A stretch of DNA of 63,195 bases, counting the filler, from Octopus bimaculoides (lineage: Eukaryota): assembly GCF_001194135.2 (NCBI RefSeq). It is 4 parts of 4 records of this genome, joined end to end, with 100 filler letters (N's around TTAATTAATTAA, not from the genome) between each part and the next. Parts side by side here need not be neighbours in the genome. Positions count along the whole stretch, not along the records: positions 42,959 to 63,195 come from NC_068981.1; 3 more parts are not named here. The stretch is one strand, 5' to 3'. This document shows positions 60,951 to 63,195 of the stretch, piece after piece. Numbering within the stretch: the stretch's first letter is position 1; each line of letters begins with the position of its first letter. Made by a program: the position numbers and the translations under genes. Below the pieces are notes generated by a model, which was given only the letters and a program-made list of their open reading frames with translations, was not told the origin of the DNA and searched no databases.

Positions 60951-62240
60951 ATATTGTTTCTATTATACAAAAGTGTCATAAGTCCAAAATGTTGCTTTTT
61001 CAGAAAACAAAAAAATAATTTCACCCTTCCATATATTTTTACATTATGAACAACAATAATACTTTGTTGAGTGCATAACATAGTAACTCCATGTCAGAAA
61101 TATTTTTGCAAAACTGTCATATGTGGGGCTTATTACACTTTCGAAAAATGCTAAACCGTTGTACTACACTTCGACAATTTTTATCTGAAGCAGCTGGAGA
61201 TATGATAGTCTGACCAAAAGAATCAGCAATTGCAAGCAAAATTAAATATTGAAAAAAACGCATTTGGCCAAATTTAGACATACAACAGTTTAACATTATA
61301 GCAACGACATATATATATAAAAGTATATACACACTACAATGCATATTTGATAAAGTTAGTTTTATTACTTAACACAATATCATCATAAATACTGTTATTC
61401 TATATATGGTTATGTGTAGTGAAAAACTGAGGTCATCTCATTCACATTATTGTCACCTTTTTGATGCAAACTGAACAAAAGAATATTCTTTGAATATATA
61501 TAACATGCAATTATATAATTAAATATAAGATAACAGGGATCTTTTTTAAAACGGGGGCCACATTTTTCATTAACGAAACACTTTGAAACTTGGAACACTG
61601 GTAGAATGTGTCATATAAAACATCTTTTTCTCTTAGTCTTCTTAAAAAAAAAAGAAATCCCTAAGTTATTCCATGTTAAAGTTGTCGTATTTCTGTAATT
61701 TCAACCAATCACTGACGTCCATTCAGCCGATATACATTAAGTGCCGACTACATAAACAAACGATTCTGAAACAATTCTATCGGTGATAGGGTTAGGGTTA
61801 GGGTTAGGGTAAAACAGCAAATTTAAAAAGAAAAAAGCAAATAAAACGAAGCTATGGCTTAATCAGCCAAAGGAGTAAATGTAAACAACTGAATACTTGT
61901 CAGTGATTGGTTGAAATTATCGAAATAAGACAATTTTTTACATGAAATAAATTCGAATACAAAAATATTTTTCTGTTCTATAACACAAAATAGATAAGTA
62001 TACGAAGTTTGAAAGTCTACGTAAAACATTAATGAAAAATGTGGCCCCCGTTTTAAAAAAGATCCAATAACAGTATTTATGATATTGTGTTAAGTAATAA
62101 ATACTAAATTTATTAAATATGCATCGTAGTGTGTATATATATTTTTATATATACATATGGAATAGTGAAACTATTTTCTCATTTTCTGAAAAAAGCAACC
62201 TTTTGGACTTACAACACTTTTGCATAATAGCAACAATATT
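60951..62240. mobile_element. Large nested foldback element with central TTAGGG repeats
   Basis: Successive inverted pairs: ~60951-61035/62155-62239, ~61310-61400/62065-62150, ~61537-61716/61899-62064; centre 61717-61898 has (TTAGGG)4-like at 61787-61810. Confidence 0.8.
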
Positions 62241-62876
62241 GTTACATACAAGATGAAAGTGAAGCGAAGCAAGCTGATATTTAGATATATAATAGCAATG
62301 TAATCTTAGTGTGAGCATACATACACAAATGTACCCCACCAATTTTGTTAATTCATAACTTCCAGAAAACTGGAAAATATGTTTCAGATGCTGTAGGTTC
62401 TGATTATATCTGAATTTGTTGTGAAAACATATTTTGGGGAACATGGGGAGAGGAATTTCAGAAAATCCATGTGGGTCAGCTTTGTTTCTTCATAACTCTG
62501 TAAAATTTTGACAAATAACTTTTAGAGTATGTAGATCACAACTGTATTGGGGTTTGATATGAAAACTAAAATCGGTAGGATAGTACATACACATACTGAC
62601 ACACATTACATTTTTGTTTTGTTTTCAAAAAATTTATTCCAAAACAAACTCTGATATATTTAGAATCTACACTGAAGTATATTTGTAGAATATTTCATTG
62701 AAAAAACATCCATTTTTCTGAAAGTTGTGAGGAAACAAAGTCAGTGGGGCACATATGTGTAGGTATGGTGCAGCTAACTCCAACCAGTCACTGTATATCA
62801 TTGCACACACATTGCTGGAAGTGCATAGCAAACGTATTTTTTTATAATATGTAATGTGTACACACACACAAATATA

Positions 62877-63195
62877 TCATCATCATCATCATCATCGTTT
62901 AACGTCCGCTTTCCATGCTAGCATGGGTTGGACGATTTGACTGAGGACTGGTGAAACCGGATGGCAACACCAGGCTCCAGTCTAATTTGGCAGAGTTTCT
63001 ACAGCTGGATGCCCTTCCTAACGCCAACCACTCAGAGAGTGTAGTGGGTGCTTTTACGTGTCACCTGCACGAAAACGGCCACGCTCGAAATGGTGTCTTT
63101 TATGTGCCACCCGCACAAGTCAGTCCAGGGGCACTGGCAACGATCTCGCTCGAAAATCCTACGGGAGCCAGTCAGGCGGTACTGGCAACGGCCAC
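62877..63195 (-). mobile_element. RTE-family 3' end (continues beyond window)
   Basis: (CAT)n GTTTAACGTCCGCTTTCCATGCTAGCATGGGTTGGAC...GGATGCCCTTCCTAACGCCAACC, same family as 59758-59910. Confidence 0.9.

Noticed and set aside
1-63195. CRISPR arrays, rRNA, operons or other prokaryotic systems
   Set aside because: None seen; the sequence is eukaryotic and its repeats are microsatellites or transposon-derived.

Overview
Eukaryotic, AT-rich, repeat-dominated scaffold window with many N gaps. The microsatellite load and the SINE/LINE families point to a cephalopod, probably Octopus (inference). The only host coding sequence I can support is one + strand exon (ATG 7019 to donor 7558/7559). It encodes a signal peptide, a ~115-aa Ser/Pro/Thr/Val-rich spacer and the start of a type-B carboxylesterase/cholinesterase domain (neuroligin-like YLGVPYAAPPVGKLRF). 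No second exon is recognisable in the following ~55 kb, which reads as a very large intron or contains exons hidden in gaps. That stretch is filled with decayed mobile elements: a DD37D (maT) Tc1/mariner transposon, several MITEs, a Helitron relic, Penelope-like elements (PLE), R4/Dong-clade and RTE-clade LINEs, and at least four SINE families. The most notable signals are RNA-level. A minimal type-I hammerhead ribozyme lies in the spacer of a 125-bp-arm foldback (11178-11215, minus strand). Three homologous PLE-LTR motifs (13871-13911, 13937-13975, 46710-46757) give a consensus hammerhead with a swapped G3:C8 core pair. Two unrelated inverted-repeat elements enclose telomeric TTAGGG arrays, one with an 8-bp TSD and Merlin-like termini. 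Most ORFs in the supplied track are microsatellite or N-gap artefacts.
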